Below, in pieces: positions 1 to 13,500 of a DNA stretch of 64,000 nucleotides (its first letter is position 1; every line of letters starts with the position of its first letter). Source of the stretch: Lama guanicoe. Its lineage: Eukaryota. The notes beneath the pieces are model-generated. The model was not told where the DNA came from, did not search any database, and worked only from the letters and a program-made list of their open reading frames with translations. The position numbers were made by a program, and so were the translations under genes. The stretch lies in contig MU053934.1 in assembly GCA_013239625.1 (NCBI GenBank), positions 5,288,399 to 5,352,398 on the forward strand, given 5' to 3'.

Positions 1-1014
1 CTTTAGTTTTCGTATTATAATTCCTTGGAAGCTTTCAAGGCACACTTTATAAATGTTTTATGCTTTTGCATTCTAAAGCCAAATTAGTCCTTAGAGTAAA
101 TCCCCATGAATATGTAGAAGAGAAACCACAGTAAGTTAGCTTCTCCAGTGGCAATCAGCGTGACTGGTTTTTATCTGATTCGGGAAATTTCCAAGGCCCA
201 GAAGCCTTTTCTCAATAAAGCGAAATGCCAGTACGTAACACAGCCATGGCAACTAGATGAGTTATCTACATCCTGTACCAGTTGTGTTCTGAAGTTTTTA
301 CTTTCTGCATCTTAGAACAACTTAGTTTCTCCTTTGATTTGCATAATTTTATGAGAACTTTGGTTTTTCAGTCTAGAACCTGAAAGACTCTTCCAGTGGA
401 AGCCCTCCATTTTCATTCCACAAATACACAGAAAGAAATAAGAAATAAGCAGCCATATATTTAACTTCAGCATGGGAGTCTTGCTGCCCTGAGAAATGCT
501 TCACAACTGATACTCTCTTAAGTTTCAAATACCAGATGTCATTTTAGAAGGTCTTCAGTTGGCCAGGGGCCGTGCCTTCGTCCTCTTTGCCTATAGGGAC
601 ATCAATTTTGTTCTGAATATAACTCTCTTTTACAGCCTAAGAATACAGGTTGTTTCTATTTGAGATTTTGTTTAAGCAGTCATTTATAGTTTTCCCTTTC
701 AGAGGACTTTTATTTTCTTACTCCAGTCATACGTTATTTGGTAAACTTCCCAGTATTTTTAGTACATTCATGTTGTCTAGTCTGCTGTGGCTTTCTTTTT
801 GTTATTTACAAAGTAACAATGAGACTAAATTACAAGACAGTTCAGGAGACAGCTAAGAAAGCAACTGAAGGAGAGGTACTAGCCCACTCAGGTAACCACC
901 AAGGTTTAATGAAGCTAATTGGGAATTAAACATTTCTGCTCCATGACAGATGGTTCTGACCTTTCATACTGAAGGCCTGTTTTGGGATATGGCAGGGTGG
1001 AGATCAAAATACAG

Positions 1015-1185
1015 ATAACATAAAATTTTCCCTCTTAACCAGTTTTAAGTGTACAGTTCAGTGGCTTTAAGTACATTCACATTGTTGTGCTGTCATTACT
1101 AACATCTGTCCACAAAACTCTTCTCCATGCAAAACTGAAACTCTGTACCCATTAAACAGTAACTACCACTTCTCCCCTCCCTCCA
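1015..1185 (-). mobile_element. Old LINE-1 3' end fragment (L1M-type)
   Basis: ttaagtgtacagttcagtgg...cattcacattgttgtgc...aaactgaaactctgtacccattaaac resembles the L1 3' UTR reverse complement. Confidence 0.75.
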
Positions 1186-2040
1186 GTGAGGGCTTTTTTG
1201 ACCTTTAAACCTGCAAATGAACTTAAGTACCTTAACACTTTGAAGAATAATACCAGTTGCCATGACCAGTATCATCAGAACACAGACAGAATCTTTACCT
1301 GGAGAATGCACAAATGCATGAAGCCCTGTCACCTCCTGCCCCCAGCACGTCCCTGTCATAGTTCCACATGCCTTCTCCATAGAAAGAAAAGTGGAGCTGA
1401 TGATTGGTGTCTTGTTCAGGTGAGAAATGAGTTTGTCCCATCAAAAAACAAACAGAAGCCTACATCTGCCTGACTCTGCAATAAGATTGCTGCTGGTGTC
1501 TCCTGCTAGGCTTCTTTCCCTCTGGGGACCCCTGTCCTTTACACTGAAACAAGCAGATGAAGGTGCTACGTGGATGAGTTCCTCATTGTATCCGCACAGA
1601 GAATAGTGACCAGTTTAAATAGACTCCTTTCCAGATAACATGCACCATCATCAAAAAACTCTTTTTCTTTTCTCCTAATTCAAACGGGCTTGGGTTACAA
1701 GGAGATTCTAAGAGGGAAAGTACTAGCATACAAATGTTGTATTTTAGAAAATCTGATACTGACTTTCGATTTATGGGTGAAAACACTAGCTGACCATGTA
1801 TTTGTCCTGTTCTAATTCAGTGCAATGAATAAAATGAGAATGAAAACATAGATGTAACTAAGATGTACTACTTTTTTAGACTAACAGATAATGTATCAAA
1901 ATAACTAGTTAAAGAGAAATAGTTATGGTTCAAAAAGGTAAACTCTTGGTTTTATGTTTGCAGTACTTAATGCAACTCTAATAGGAAGTTGAAATAAAAT
2001 AAATTATTTGGTTCTGACACTACATATTTCATTTCTCTAG

Positions 2041-2115
2041 TGCTCACTAAAAGGAGGAAACAGTGATTCATGGATGAATCCTCTTGCCAAACAGTTTTCA
2101 AATATGGGATTGCTG
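2041..2115 (+). CDS. TNRC6B: TNRC6B exon (1st in window), [25 protein letters not shown]
   Basis: tttctctag| acceptor, CTG|gtaagt donor, 75 nt, phase 0-0. Confidence 0.93.
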
Positions 2116-5100
2116 GTAAGTTTTATTTCTTCGTATGTGAAATGTATCTTAGCTTTTACGTTTAGTGCAAATTTCAAGGCCACTGCCACAGATAGTACAA
2201 AATTATAGATTTAGAAACGGATTAAGCAATGTTCCTGATTTGGATTAGGCAATATTTGTTCTGTATTCTTTTTTCTTAATGAAATACTCCAATATTTGAA
2301 GGTTACACCTTTTAAATTTGTAGTCTTTGTACCCTTTTCCTTAGGCGGTTAGGGAAGAGAGAGCCAGGTACTTATAATTTATATAATTTTTGCTGACTAC
2401 TGTACCAGTTTTAATATTAAAATTTTTAAAAGGACAGCAATAGCAGAATAACTAGGGAAACTATTTGTGATTAATTAGGTAGGCAATTCTTGTAGAATTT
2501 CTATTTTTTTGATCTCCTGGGAACATTATGGGGACACCCTGATCCTTCTTGCCAAAAGACAAATGACTTGGCTGCACATTGCAAGATTTGATGACTTGAC
2601 AAGTCACGAGAAGAAGTTGTCATCATTTGGCTGCCACTCATGGAATTTGATCCTGAGCCGACTGGAACTTGAGGACAGGGGTTCATTTCTCCAAGCAGCT
2701 GTTTAGCTATTGCTCTGTCCCTAGATTTACTGAAGCTAATTTGATGTGAAAATTGAATTTAGAAATATAGGCACCAGCAGCAGTCAAAATTAGCCATATT
2801 AAAAATGTTATTGTCTTCATTCCAACTTAAGGTTCATTTCAAAGGACCTCATATAGTGCTGGTAGTAAACTAGGGTGTGACTAGCATATGAATAATGCCA
2901 TTTCTTCTCTGATTCAAACATTTAATTCAAACCTTAAATCTTCCCTCACTGTTCTTTATTTTCAGAGTCAAACTGAAGATAATCCAAGCAGCAAAATGGA
3001 TCTGTCTGTAGGTGTGTATACTCCACTAATACGAATGGAATATGTTGTTGTTAGTGATACCCTGTTGGGATCCCCTCCTCAGTTTGAGTTGGGACAGGTG
3101 CAGTGCCATGCTAGACACGAGGTGGGGGCTGAAAACTCAAGTGAGTGCAAGAGCCAAGAAAGTAATGTGAGTGGTGTGTGCCAGGTATAAGAAATTGGGA
3201 CGTGGAAGGCACTGGTTGGCTGTGGAGAGCAGATGTACCACCTGTAGGAGTCAGTCTTTGCTCTGCTGTGAGCGATGATTGGCCTGGAGGAGGGCAGGCT
3301 TAGCTTTGCCAGATCCTCCAGTGTTTCCAAGAGAGGCCAGAACTTCACATAGACATTAATGCCCTGATTTTTACATATTGGAAAGTAATTCAGTTATCTA
3401 AAAAGGCTGTGTGTGGCCAAAACAAAGTATGTTTGTGGCGCTGCCAGATTCAGCTCTAGGGTTGCCAGTCCTGTCCTCACTGGGCTTTTCCGTCCATTAC
3501 TGACAAACTCTCTATCACAAGTAGAGCAGATGAAGTGTCAGCCCTTCATCTGTGGGTCTTCACAGGGAGGCTGTTGCTCACGCTGAGGAACTTAAAAAGT
3601 ATCAAACCAGGAAGAAAAGAAAACAGTCCTGGGAGATAAGGGAAACAGCCTCTGATCTGTGATTCCTTCATATATGAGAATAACTAAAAAGTGAGCTTCA
3701 TGTCAGTATAGTAGCAACTTTACAGAGATGTGAAAGAGAGCAGGAATAATCATTGCACCTTGGAAAGTACGTTTTGCAAGTAAGCGGCACGCCATCTCCT
3801 GTGTTTAACTCGGAGTTCTAAATTTTAGGGCAACAGCCATGTCTCTTTGATCTTTTTATTTCTAATAATTGTGTTTTACAACCCCAGCCATTTATCTAGC
3901 AGGTGCTAAAACAGCAATAAGAGATACATTATCTCACTGAGAATATTTGAATATATGAGCAAGATAGAGTCATCAAACATATCAATAACCAGTCTAGGTA
4001 TATTTTTGGTTAGATTTTTACCAGGTTAGCCTTAAGACCCTCTTTCAATCTTCCATAGAAAACAAGCAATAGCTGATACATATTGTGGGGTTTTTGAGGG
4101 GGTGTGTGTGTGTACGTACAAGCGACAGCTGATACATGTTGTGGGGTTTTTGGGGTGTGTGTGTCTGTGTTTGGTTTATTTTGTTGTTGTTGTTTGTTTA
4201 AGCATCCACATGTGTTCCAGGAAGGAGCACTAGCAGCCTGAACCCGTGAGAGCTCTTCTGGTCTTAAACCAGCATCCCAGAGAGGATAGTGGGATAGGTC
4301 ACTTCTTGCTCATGGGGGAGACACTGATTTGTTAAAATGTTCACTCTTTCTTGTGTTACTTTTCAGGGAGCCTTCCAGAGAAAAAATTTGATGTGGACAA
4401 GCGAGCAATGAATCTCGGGGATTTTAATGATATCATGAGGAAGGATCGACCTGGGTTCCGTCCACCTAATTCCAAAGACATGGGAACCACAGATAGTGGG
4501 CCTTATTTTGAGAAGGTGAGTTGAATCCTTGGTTTAAGATAATAATTCATGAGAACTGCTTTGGTTCCCATTTGTCTTTTGATAATTAATTCCAGAAGGA
4601 AGCGTAGAAGTACTGAACCAAATGAGTAAGCAAAACACAAACATCACCTGCATTTAAGTGATGACATGAAAGTAGTTGATGTTGACAGGTGATTAGGCAG
4701 TAGCTAGAACCATCTGTCTTTAGGATATGAATATTGTGAACAAGGTCTAAGTTTTGGGAAATTTATGAAGTTTGAAGAGGGGAAGTGGTCTGTATTTATA
4801 GTGGGGGAAATGCACACTCGAAACATGTGGAAGAAATTCTAGAGATAAATTGATTCTGAATTCTTTTTCTGCTACCGCATAATTACAAATTAAATTTTTG
4901 GATCTTGTGCAGATACTCTGTGTCTCCTAAGGCCTTGCCTTCTAGCTTTGTCAAGATGACCCAAAACTTTCTCCTTTGCTGTTTCTAAGAGAGCACTTTT
5001 GTCTTCTTTCTCTGTTTCCCTAATGGTCTATTTTTAGTTACAATGGTATACAAGTTCTCAACACCTGTTTTAAACAAGTCATTTATACCTATTTGTTTTG

Positions 5101-7433
5101 ATTTTTAACATGTCTAATGGAGATTATTCTGTGATTCAGAACACCAATTTGTAGTGTTCCTGGTCTTCAGAAAGCAGATAAAGCCAAAATTTTTTAATCT
5201 GGCACATTTTTGACACCGCTGGTGCTGGGCCAGACAGCAGCATGTTCACAGGAAGATTGCTCTGGCTTCTGTTTCAGCAGCCACGTAGTTAGAGTAATCA
5301 GTATTAGATTCCTAAAAATGAAGTGTCTGGCGATTTTTGTCTTCATGCAGTGGACAGAATGTGTTACTAGCTTAAGAGGATAAGAAGAATCTGTATCGAA
5401 GAGGATTACAGATGGTATCTATTGGGCAAAGTATGATGATGATGATGATCAGATCCAAATTCTGTCCTCGTTTATTGCTAATACACTCTAACTTTGTTTA
5501 TTCCTGGTGTTTCTCTCTTCCCTTCTTGCATTCTGTTGCTTCACTAACCAACACTCATTGTGATTGGCTAACTACTACTACTTTTCAGCTGACTTTGCCT
5601 TTCTCCAATCAAGATGGGTGCCTTGGGGATGAGGCTCCCTGCTCTCCCTTCTCCCCTTCTCCCAGCTACAAGCTGTCTCCCTCTGGTTCCACACTACCCA
5701 ACGTCAGCCTTGGAGCAATCGGCACAGGGCTCAACCCCCAAAACTTCGCTGCTAGACAAGTAAGGAGGCCTCTCAAATTTATAACTGCTTGGCTGTGGCC
5801 TCGCCTTGGCCCTGGTCTGCAGTTTATTGCATCATTTGTCTGTCTTGGGAAATTTGTTGATTACTGAATGCACAGAATGATAGTAAGTGTAGGCTCTAGA
5901 TCTTTCAGCCCATGGAACCCATCTCTCTTCATGTTTCTCAACATGGGTTTTGTTTTAAATCTGTTTCTTTTGTCCTCCCATTTTTGGTCATAAGTTCACG
6001 TTTAATAGGTTGACTAATGACTGGCTTAGGAAAATGTTAAAGAGGCTGCATGGGTACCTTCTGTCATTTAATTTAACAACAGGTTTGCCACTACTAACAT
6101 TAGATTGAATGGCAAGTTATACTTTTGAGGTCTTTTCAATTTAATATAATTGCTAGCTAGAAAATAGCAGCAAAACTAGTACTATTAAATTTTTAAGGGT
6201 TATAGTATCTTAAAAACCTAGTTCAAGTGTAAAATTACCCCAAGAAAGGTGACGTGTATATTAGATAATGAAGTGTTAAGAAGACCGGATATTGCCCAGA
6301 CGTGCAGTGTTGGGGTCCGCCTGGAGCAGCCCCTTCCCTAGGGTTGGACCTGTCGGTCCTCTGAGGACAGGCTGGGCTGTAGAAACAAGGCTGGAGGACC
6401 TGCGGGATGATGCCTCCCTGCTGTGCAGGCCTGACTGAGCAGGCGCAGCAGGCCTTTATTGTCTCACAGTAGCTCTGTTGTAGTTTTTGTGGAGAAAACC
6501 AGGAATTTGGGGATAACTCCTTTGCGACGGTGACTCCAGTGATGATATTTTTCTAGCCTTAGTTCCATGACTACTTGCCTGTCACTCTGAATTTCACCGC
6601 GGATGTCATGGAAGGACATTTAATTATTTGCATTACATGTTTGCACATGATGATTTTCACATTTAAAGGATGATGTGAGACACCTCTTACATCAAGTTGC
6701 ACATAGATCTTTCATATGCTTTCTAATGGTTGCCATGGCACATTTAAAAAAAATGGATTATATTATATCCATGTTTTTAGATTGGTTATCTCTGAATTGG
6801 GAATAATAGATTTTTTTGTTTTCTTCCTTTATATTTCACTCTTTCTTAATGGTTCCACAGAGGACATGGCTATGTATTGTTTATATAAACAGAGAAGAAA
6901 CAATTACATCAGTTTTGGTGGGGAGGAGGGATCTTTTGGGTTAAGGTATAAAAAATATAAAATAGTCTTAACGTTCTTGGTTAATGATCATTATGTATAT
7001 ACTTCCAGGATCACCTGATTATCAAATACTTCTAGTATATAAACTTTAATATAATTGACCAGCCAAACTAGCTGTGTACTGGATTCTTAAAAAAGGTCAT
7101 TCCTCTTCCTTTTTTTGATCTGTGGATTGCTGCAAAGTCTGTTGTGAACCAGATTGATATACATATTCTATCCAAATATGGTCATGATTTTTTTCACACT
7201 ATTTTCATGCAGAGTTAACATGCTTCATAATTTAAAAATAAAATTTAAGAGGGTTTTTTCCCCCAAATCTCAGAGGATTTCAGTCAGCTTGATAACCTTG
7301 TTTTTAATGTATATGCCTTTCCAAGTTGAACACTGTAGTTGAGGCATATATCACCAATAATTATTAGGCTCCAGGTCATCATAAAAGCCTCACATACAAC
7401 AGTAAAACTTTAGAAATAGGCGGATAAACCACA

Positions 7434-7497
<64 letters not shown>

Positions 7498-7500
7498 TGT

Positions 7501-7559
<59 letters not shown>

Positions 7560-10500
7560 TACATTACTGTACGAAATAGCTACTTCTGAGCCAAGATGAC
7601 CAGCTTGTGATTCCAAGGTTCTATATTAAAAGATAACAAAGAAATGAGGACCTCTATATAGCACAGAGAACTATATTTGGTATCTTGTAATAACCCGTAT
7701 ATGTATAACTGAGTCACTTTGCTGTACACCTAAAACTAACACAACACTAAGTCTACTAGACTTCAATAAACAGAAATATGAAAGGTATTTTTTTGGTAGA
7801 CCTCTGTTGACTTATCTCTTATTATCCATATCAGATATATCAAAGTGCTTGGTATGGCTTTGGGACACTTGATAATGAAAACCTAAAACCTTTGGTAGGA
7901 GTGGGATGGAATCTTTCTGTTAGGAATAGGAAAACAAGGCTTGATTTTACAAAAACTATAAGGCAGGTACCTTTTAATACTTCTTACCAGAAAGAGGTTG
8001 AAATTAAAAATGACCCCAGCAAAGCAGTTTGGGATCCCCCCAAAACATGGATTCTGAAAGGACTTTAGCTATCAGAAACTTCACCATCCAAGGATCATCC
8101 ATGAATAAATAACATATAATAATAACACAGTTATTACTTTGATAGTAAAGTGTAAGTGAGAACCATCTTAGCAGAGTAGCCTTAGCAAAATAAATGTTTT
8201 CTCTTCTCCCGGGAATGACTAATAGCTAAGCTGCTGACAATGACTAGCAGGACCTCAGAAGAACCAGAGCTGAGCCATCTCACCTCAGAGAGACAAGTCT
8301 GATTAGTAAGACAGGAGAAGCAGAGACAGGAGAGCTTCTAGAATTAAAGGTCTTTTCATGTTTAAATAGTCCTTTGGGAGATTTAAGATTCATGGTGGAT
8401 CTTTGATTTTTTTATGAGATTTACACAGATTTTAATCACCATTTCTACTTTCTGTTCATGGTCATTTTCATTTTCAGTATTTTTAAGTTAATTAATATCC
8501 CTGAAGCAGTCTCTTAATTCTATTTTGAATCATTAAACTATCAAAATATCTTTAGTGTTCTAGAACTTAATGATGCCATTACAAAATTATTCTTTAAAAT
8601 AACTTTAATCCCCGCGACTTCAGGGATAAGATGATGGTGGTGACATCAGCTCGGAGTGCCCACACTTGGTATAAGCAGTGGTGCAGCTGTCTTCACTGAT
8701 GATGCTCAGTGGGACATTTGTTTTCAAGCGTATGAAATTGGTGGGTCACGGATGTTTGCAAATGATGTGCTCATCCTACAGACCAGGGCTTTATTGAGCT
8801 TCTGGGAATACAAAGAGGGAAATGTTAAGCTGGTGGTGGAAAGATAGAATGGAAAATAACTATAATGTAATTTGACGATAGGCCTGTCAACAGGAGGTTT
8901 GAAGTGTTCTACAAACATAGAGGTGAGCTCAGGTGATTTGGATGTGGAATGAGGAGGAAGGTTTGGGAAAGACCTTCTTGATGAGGCTGACCTCTGAGCT
9001 GGGCCTCAAAGAGGTCGAGTGAAGATGATACGAAACACTATGTCAGGCAGAGGCAGCAGTGTCAGGTGTCAAATGCATTTTCTTTGCTTCTTGCTAGAAA
9101 CAATTCGGAAAGGAAGGGCCATCATATAGCCCTGGTTTTTATAGCCCTTTGATTGAAACAGTCTAGAAGTGCTTCAGTGAGTTGGTCCTCCAGAAATCAG
9201 GGAGTTAAGCTTGTTTTTAACTAGACTGATAGTCATACATTTGAATGAGAAGTTACAGGTGAGTAATGTTTTGGTGACCCTGGAATGATTTTTCACTTTT
9301 CCCCTTTCTTCCTTTTTAATTTCACTGTGTGATTGATTCATATTTCTTAATTGAGCAAAGAAGGGGCCAAGCAGACCCAAGACAGAGAAGAGTGTTCATA
9401 TCTGGAGTAGGGTCCTTATGGAGCTAGGCTCACAATTGGGTGGCACTGATTTTGTGATTGAGTTAACCAGTTTGGACAAGTAATATCGTAGTATTGTTTT
9501 ACAACTGATATTATTCGCAAGCCTGCATTTTTACAGGTGCCTTTCAAGATGGGTCTCAGATTATATAGTTTGAGAATAAATTTGGGAAACCCAATTATAA
9601 AAAAGGAAGTAGTTGAATAAATATTATATCACCTGCACCTTTCAATAACAACCACCACAAAATTAGTGCTTTTTCTAATATTTGACTACATTTAACCTTT
9701 TGGCTTATGGAATGCGTCAGACTGCAGGGTTGGTGATGATGTGCCCATGATTGGGTGTGAATAATTTTCCAAGCATTCCAAGATCAGGAACTTTTCAGTT
9801 AAAAAATTCTGTGGTTCTGTGAATACAGAGTATGATTCTTCTGAGGGGTAGAAAACCTGAACTGTTTCTTATTTACATTTTTTTATGTTAACAGAAAGCC
9901 TTACCGTTGCTGTTCTGTTTGCAGGGTGGCAATCATGGTTTGTTTGGAAATAGCACAGCACAATCGAGAGGTGTGCACACACCAGTGCAGCCGCTGAACT
10001 CTTCTCCTAATCTCCGGGCGCAAGTGCCTCCCCAGTTCATTTCCCCCCAGGTAAGCAATTACATGGTTCCACAATTCAGAGGTGAAGTCCAGGCGGTTTC
10101 AGCTGACTGGTTTTCTAGACATAAGAGGAGTAACAGTTACCAGTCTGAAATACGAAAAATCCAGCTGCCAAGGATCAAGATTTTTAGAATAAGATGTCAG
10201 ATCTCTTTTTATTCATTGTATTGTGCATACAAAGTTAGACCTTTTTGCATGAAAAGCATTATATTTCTTTTAGCTCTCCTATATATTTTCACAATATTAT
10301 ACTGATTTTTTTAAACTGTGTATAATTTAAACTACTTTATATATTCTGATGTGTCCACATTCAGAAGTTGGTTGTCCTCAAGGACTTGGAGGAGAATGGC
10401 CAGGTTCTGGGTTACTCTGAAAAGTTGTGAGGAGATACATGCTAAAACACTGACCAGGTGCTCTAGGGGTATTTATTGCTAAAGAAGAGGCAGAGAATGA

Positions 10501-13500
10501 CTCGCAGAGCAGCTCTGTGTGGGGTGTGGTTCTTTGGGTACCAGGGGAACCTTTTAGGTCCCTTTCTTAGCAGGAGATGGGCAGTGAGTTATTTGAGGGT
10601 ATAGGTGAGAGATTTGTGCCAGTCTGCCACATACTGCCCCTCATCATCCCTCTTCGTGAGAAAACAGGTCTGGGGAGCAAAGTAAAAGCTGATAAGCCCG
10701 AGTGAGGATTCAGTGTGTGACGTTAGAATGTTATTTTAATGAACTAGAATCAAGAGCTTTCAGTCTGTCCCGTCACATAAAAGGGAATGGGGTACTTAAC
10801 AGATCCAACCAGCAGGTTGTGAAGGGTCAGGTTTTGTTTTTGTTCTTTGATGTCTTTTAAGACAAAAGCTTCAAGTATTTATTTGAAACCCTCATCTATA
10901 GATTGCAAATCCCATTTTCGATATTGAGTCTCTGTCTTGGTAGAGGAAGAAACGTTCATCATGTCCGCCCACCCCCATCCTCGTGGTCCTGTCTGGGAGT
11001 CGTCTTAGTGCCTCTCTCCTTCCTCTTCCCTCTAACTTGCACTCATCCTTCAAGTCCCGGGTACTGGAAGATCCTCCAGACAGAGCTGCTCTTGACTTCC
11101 CCAGCACTTTATAATGGCAGCATCTTGACTCTCAGAGCACTTGCCAGCATGTCTTGGTATCGGGCCAACAGTCATCTGTGGTTGTGGAATATCTGCAGTG
11201 AATAGATGAAGAAAACACCTCTCCCACCGCGGCCTCCTGCAGTTGGTGGTGGTGTTGGAGGACAGTCAGCAGATAGTCAGTGTGATAAATGTTGTACAGA
11301 AATGCCTGACAGAGTTTGGGGAGCTGGGTGAGACCTCACACCAGCAGTGACATTTAAGCTGAGTCTTGAAGAATGAGTCAGAGTCTGCTGGGCACGGCCA
11401 AATGAAAGGTACCTTCTAGGAGGCAGAAGCAGCTTGTGCGAGGGGCAGTAATATCTGGAAGAACATGGTGCGTTTGGGGAAATGCTGTTGGTGTGAACAA
11501 TTAGTTTGAGTTTCTGGAAGCATTCTTATGGGATCTAGAGTGGAGGAGGAGGGAAGTAGTCAGGAAGTTTGGGACCAAATTTGGAACAGTTTTGTTTGCC
11601 TTACTGAGGAGTTTGGACTTTGTCCTTTGGTCACCATGGTTTGTAACCATTATCTTGGCTGCTACTTAAAAACGCAGTTTCCAGGTCTTCCCCCGTCTAC
11701 AGAGACACAGTCTTGGGTGTTGGGCCTAATGCCCCCCAGGTGATTTTTATGTGCTCCCTTGGCTGCTACTGCTAAAGATACTATAGTGTTAGGCAAGATT
11801 TCTCAGCTGAGTGGCAATATAGGAAAACTTAAGTTTAAAAAAACCACTAACAGTAATATAGAGGACATGTTTGAATGACAGAACTATGAGAGCAGAGGAG
11901 ACGAGTTACAATGCTGTAGTAGTAGTCTGGGTCAGACAGTGGCAGTGGCAATTAAGACCTTCCTGGGAATGTCGCCAGTGATCTTTGTGTTGTGGAATAC
12001 AGTGGTCTGTTCCCCAGTCTCTTTTTAATCAATGTATCAGCAGCATTTGACACGGTTGATCACTCCCTTTTTGAAACAATTTATTTGGCCTTTGAATACT
12101 TTGTATTGATTCTTCACCTGTCTTGTCTTCTCTGTTTGCTTTACAAGTTCTTCCTCACTCTCCCAGCGTTTAAACATCTGAGCCCCCCCAGTCTCAGTAT
12201 TCGAACCTTTTCTCACCATCTACAGCCACTACAGGTGATCTTACCCAGTGCGATGACTTTAAAATACTGACAGTTCTGAAATTATGTCTCCAGCCCAAAT
12301 CTCTCTTCTCAGCTGCACAGACTTCTGGCCGTCCATACTAGGATGCCTTCTAGGCATCTGAAGTTAACACACCCAAGACAGAACTTCTGGCTTCATCCCA
12401 CACTCCCCTCAAAAACATGCTCTTCCTCCAAGTAAGTGGTACTCTCTTGTTGCAGGTGCTTAGGCCAGAGACCTCAGAGCTAGTTGTGAGTCTTCATAGC
12501 CCACATCCGACCCAGCCACAGATCCTCCCTTCAGAGCTTTACCAGCACCCAACCATTTCCTGCCACGGCCATGGTCTCCTTGACTGGTCCCTGCTCTGCT
12601 TCATCTAATAACTTGCCTGCCTCGAGTCTGTTTTCCATCCAGACTTCAGACTGATCCTCTAAAACCACGCTGTCCAGTGTAGCCATTAGCCGCGTGAGCA
12701 CTTGAAATGTGACCATGAAAGAACTGAACTTTTAGTTTTAATTAATTTAAATGAAAGTGGCCACAGTAGGTTAGTGGCCACTACATGGACAGCGCAGGTG
12801 TGGAACATTTCTGTCCTCACAGAAAGTTAAGATAAATCATGTTACTGCTTTACTAGGAGTCCTCCCCTGGCTTCGCCCTGACTGAGAATGCAAAGCCAGC
12901 TCTTTACTGTGGTCTCTGAGGCTCTTGGTGATCTTCCCACCCCCACCTGCCACTCTTCTATTCGTCCAGCCCTCTCCAGCCAACTGGCCCCAGTGCACCA
13001 AACATACTTTCTAGAATGCTCTTCTCCCAGATTGCCGCATGGCTGCATCTTTGTTTCCTTCAGATCGCTGCTTCACTAGCACTTTATCAGAGAGGCCGTC
13101 CCAGGCCAGGCTGTCACCACCCCGCTGGTACTCCTCCTCCCCTCCCCCAGGCCCGGGAGTGCAGCACACGGCACAGCAGCTGGATCTGCATCTGCTTTGT
13201 TCCCTGCTGCGTCCTCAGCATCTACAACTGTGCACGGCATGTATATTGAGCTCGGTGAATACATGTCAAGTCATGGGTAGGCATGTTTCAGAATGATCTA
13301 GAAAGTGGAATTGTTAGGAAAGCGTGGTTAACTTAGCCTAAGAGATTTTGGTCATAAAGAAATGTGCAGCCCCTAAGTGTCTGCTGTACTTGGAAAAGAA
13401 AAGTACTTATACTCTCCTACAATTTTGAAATTTGTTTATTTAGCAAAATGCAGTTAACATTTATTTAATGCATAATGAGGGAAAACTACTCAACAATGGA

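Noticed and set aside
7379..7616. YI-repeat ORFs on the minus strand
   Set aside because: Translation of the (TA)n microsatellite
8625..8705. Intronic C/D box snoRNA candidate
   Set aside because: C box is imperfect (ATGATGG), there is no convincing terminal stem, and I recognised no rRNA/snRNA guide complementarity
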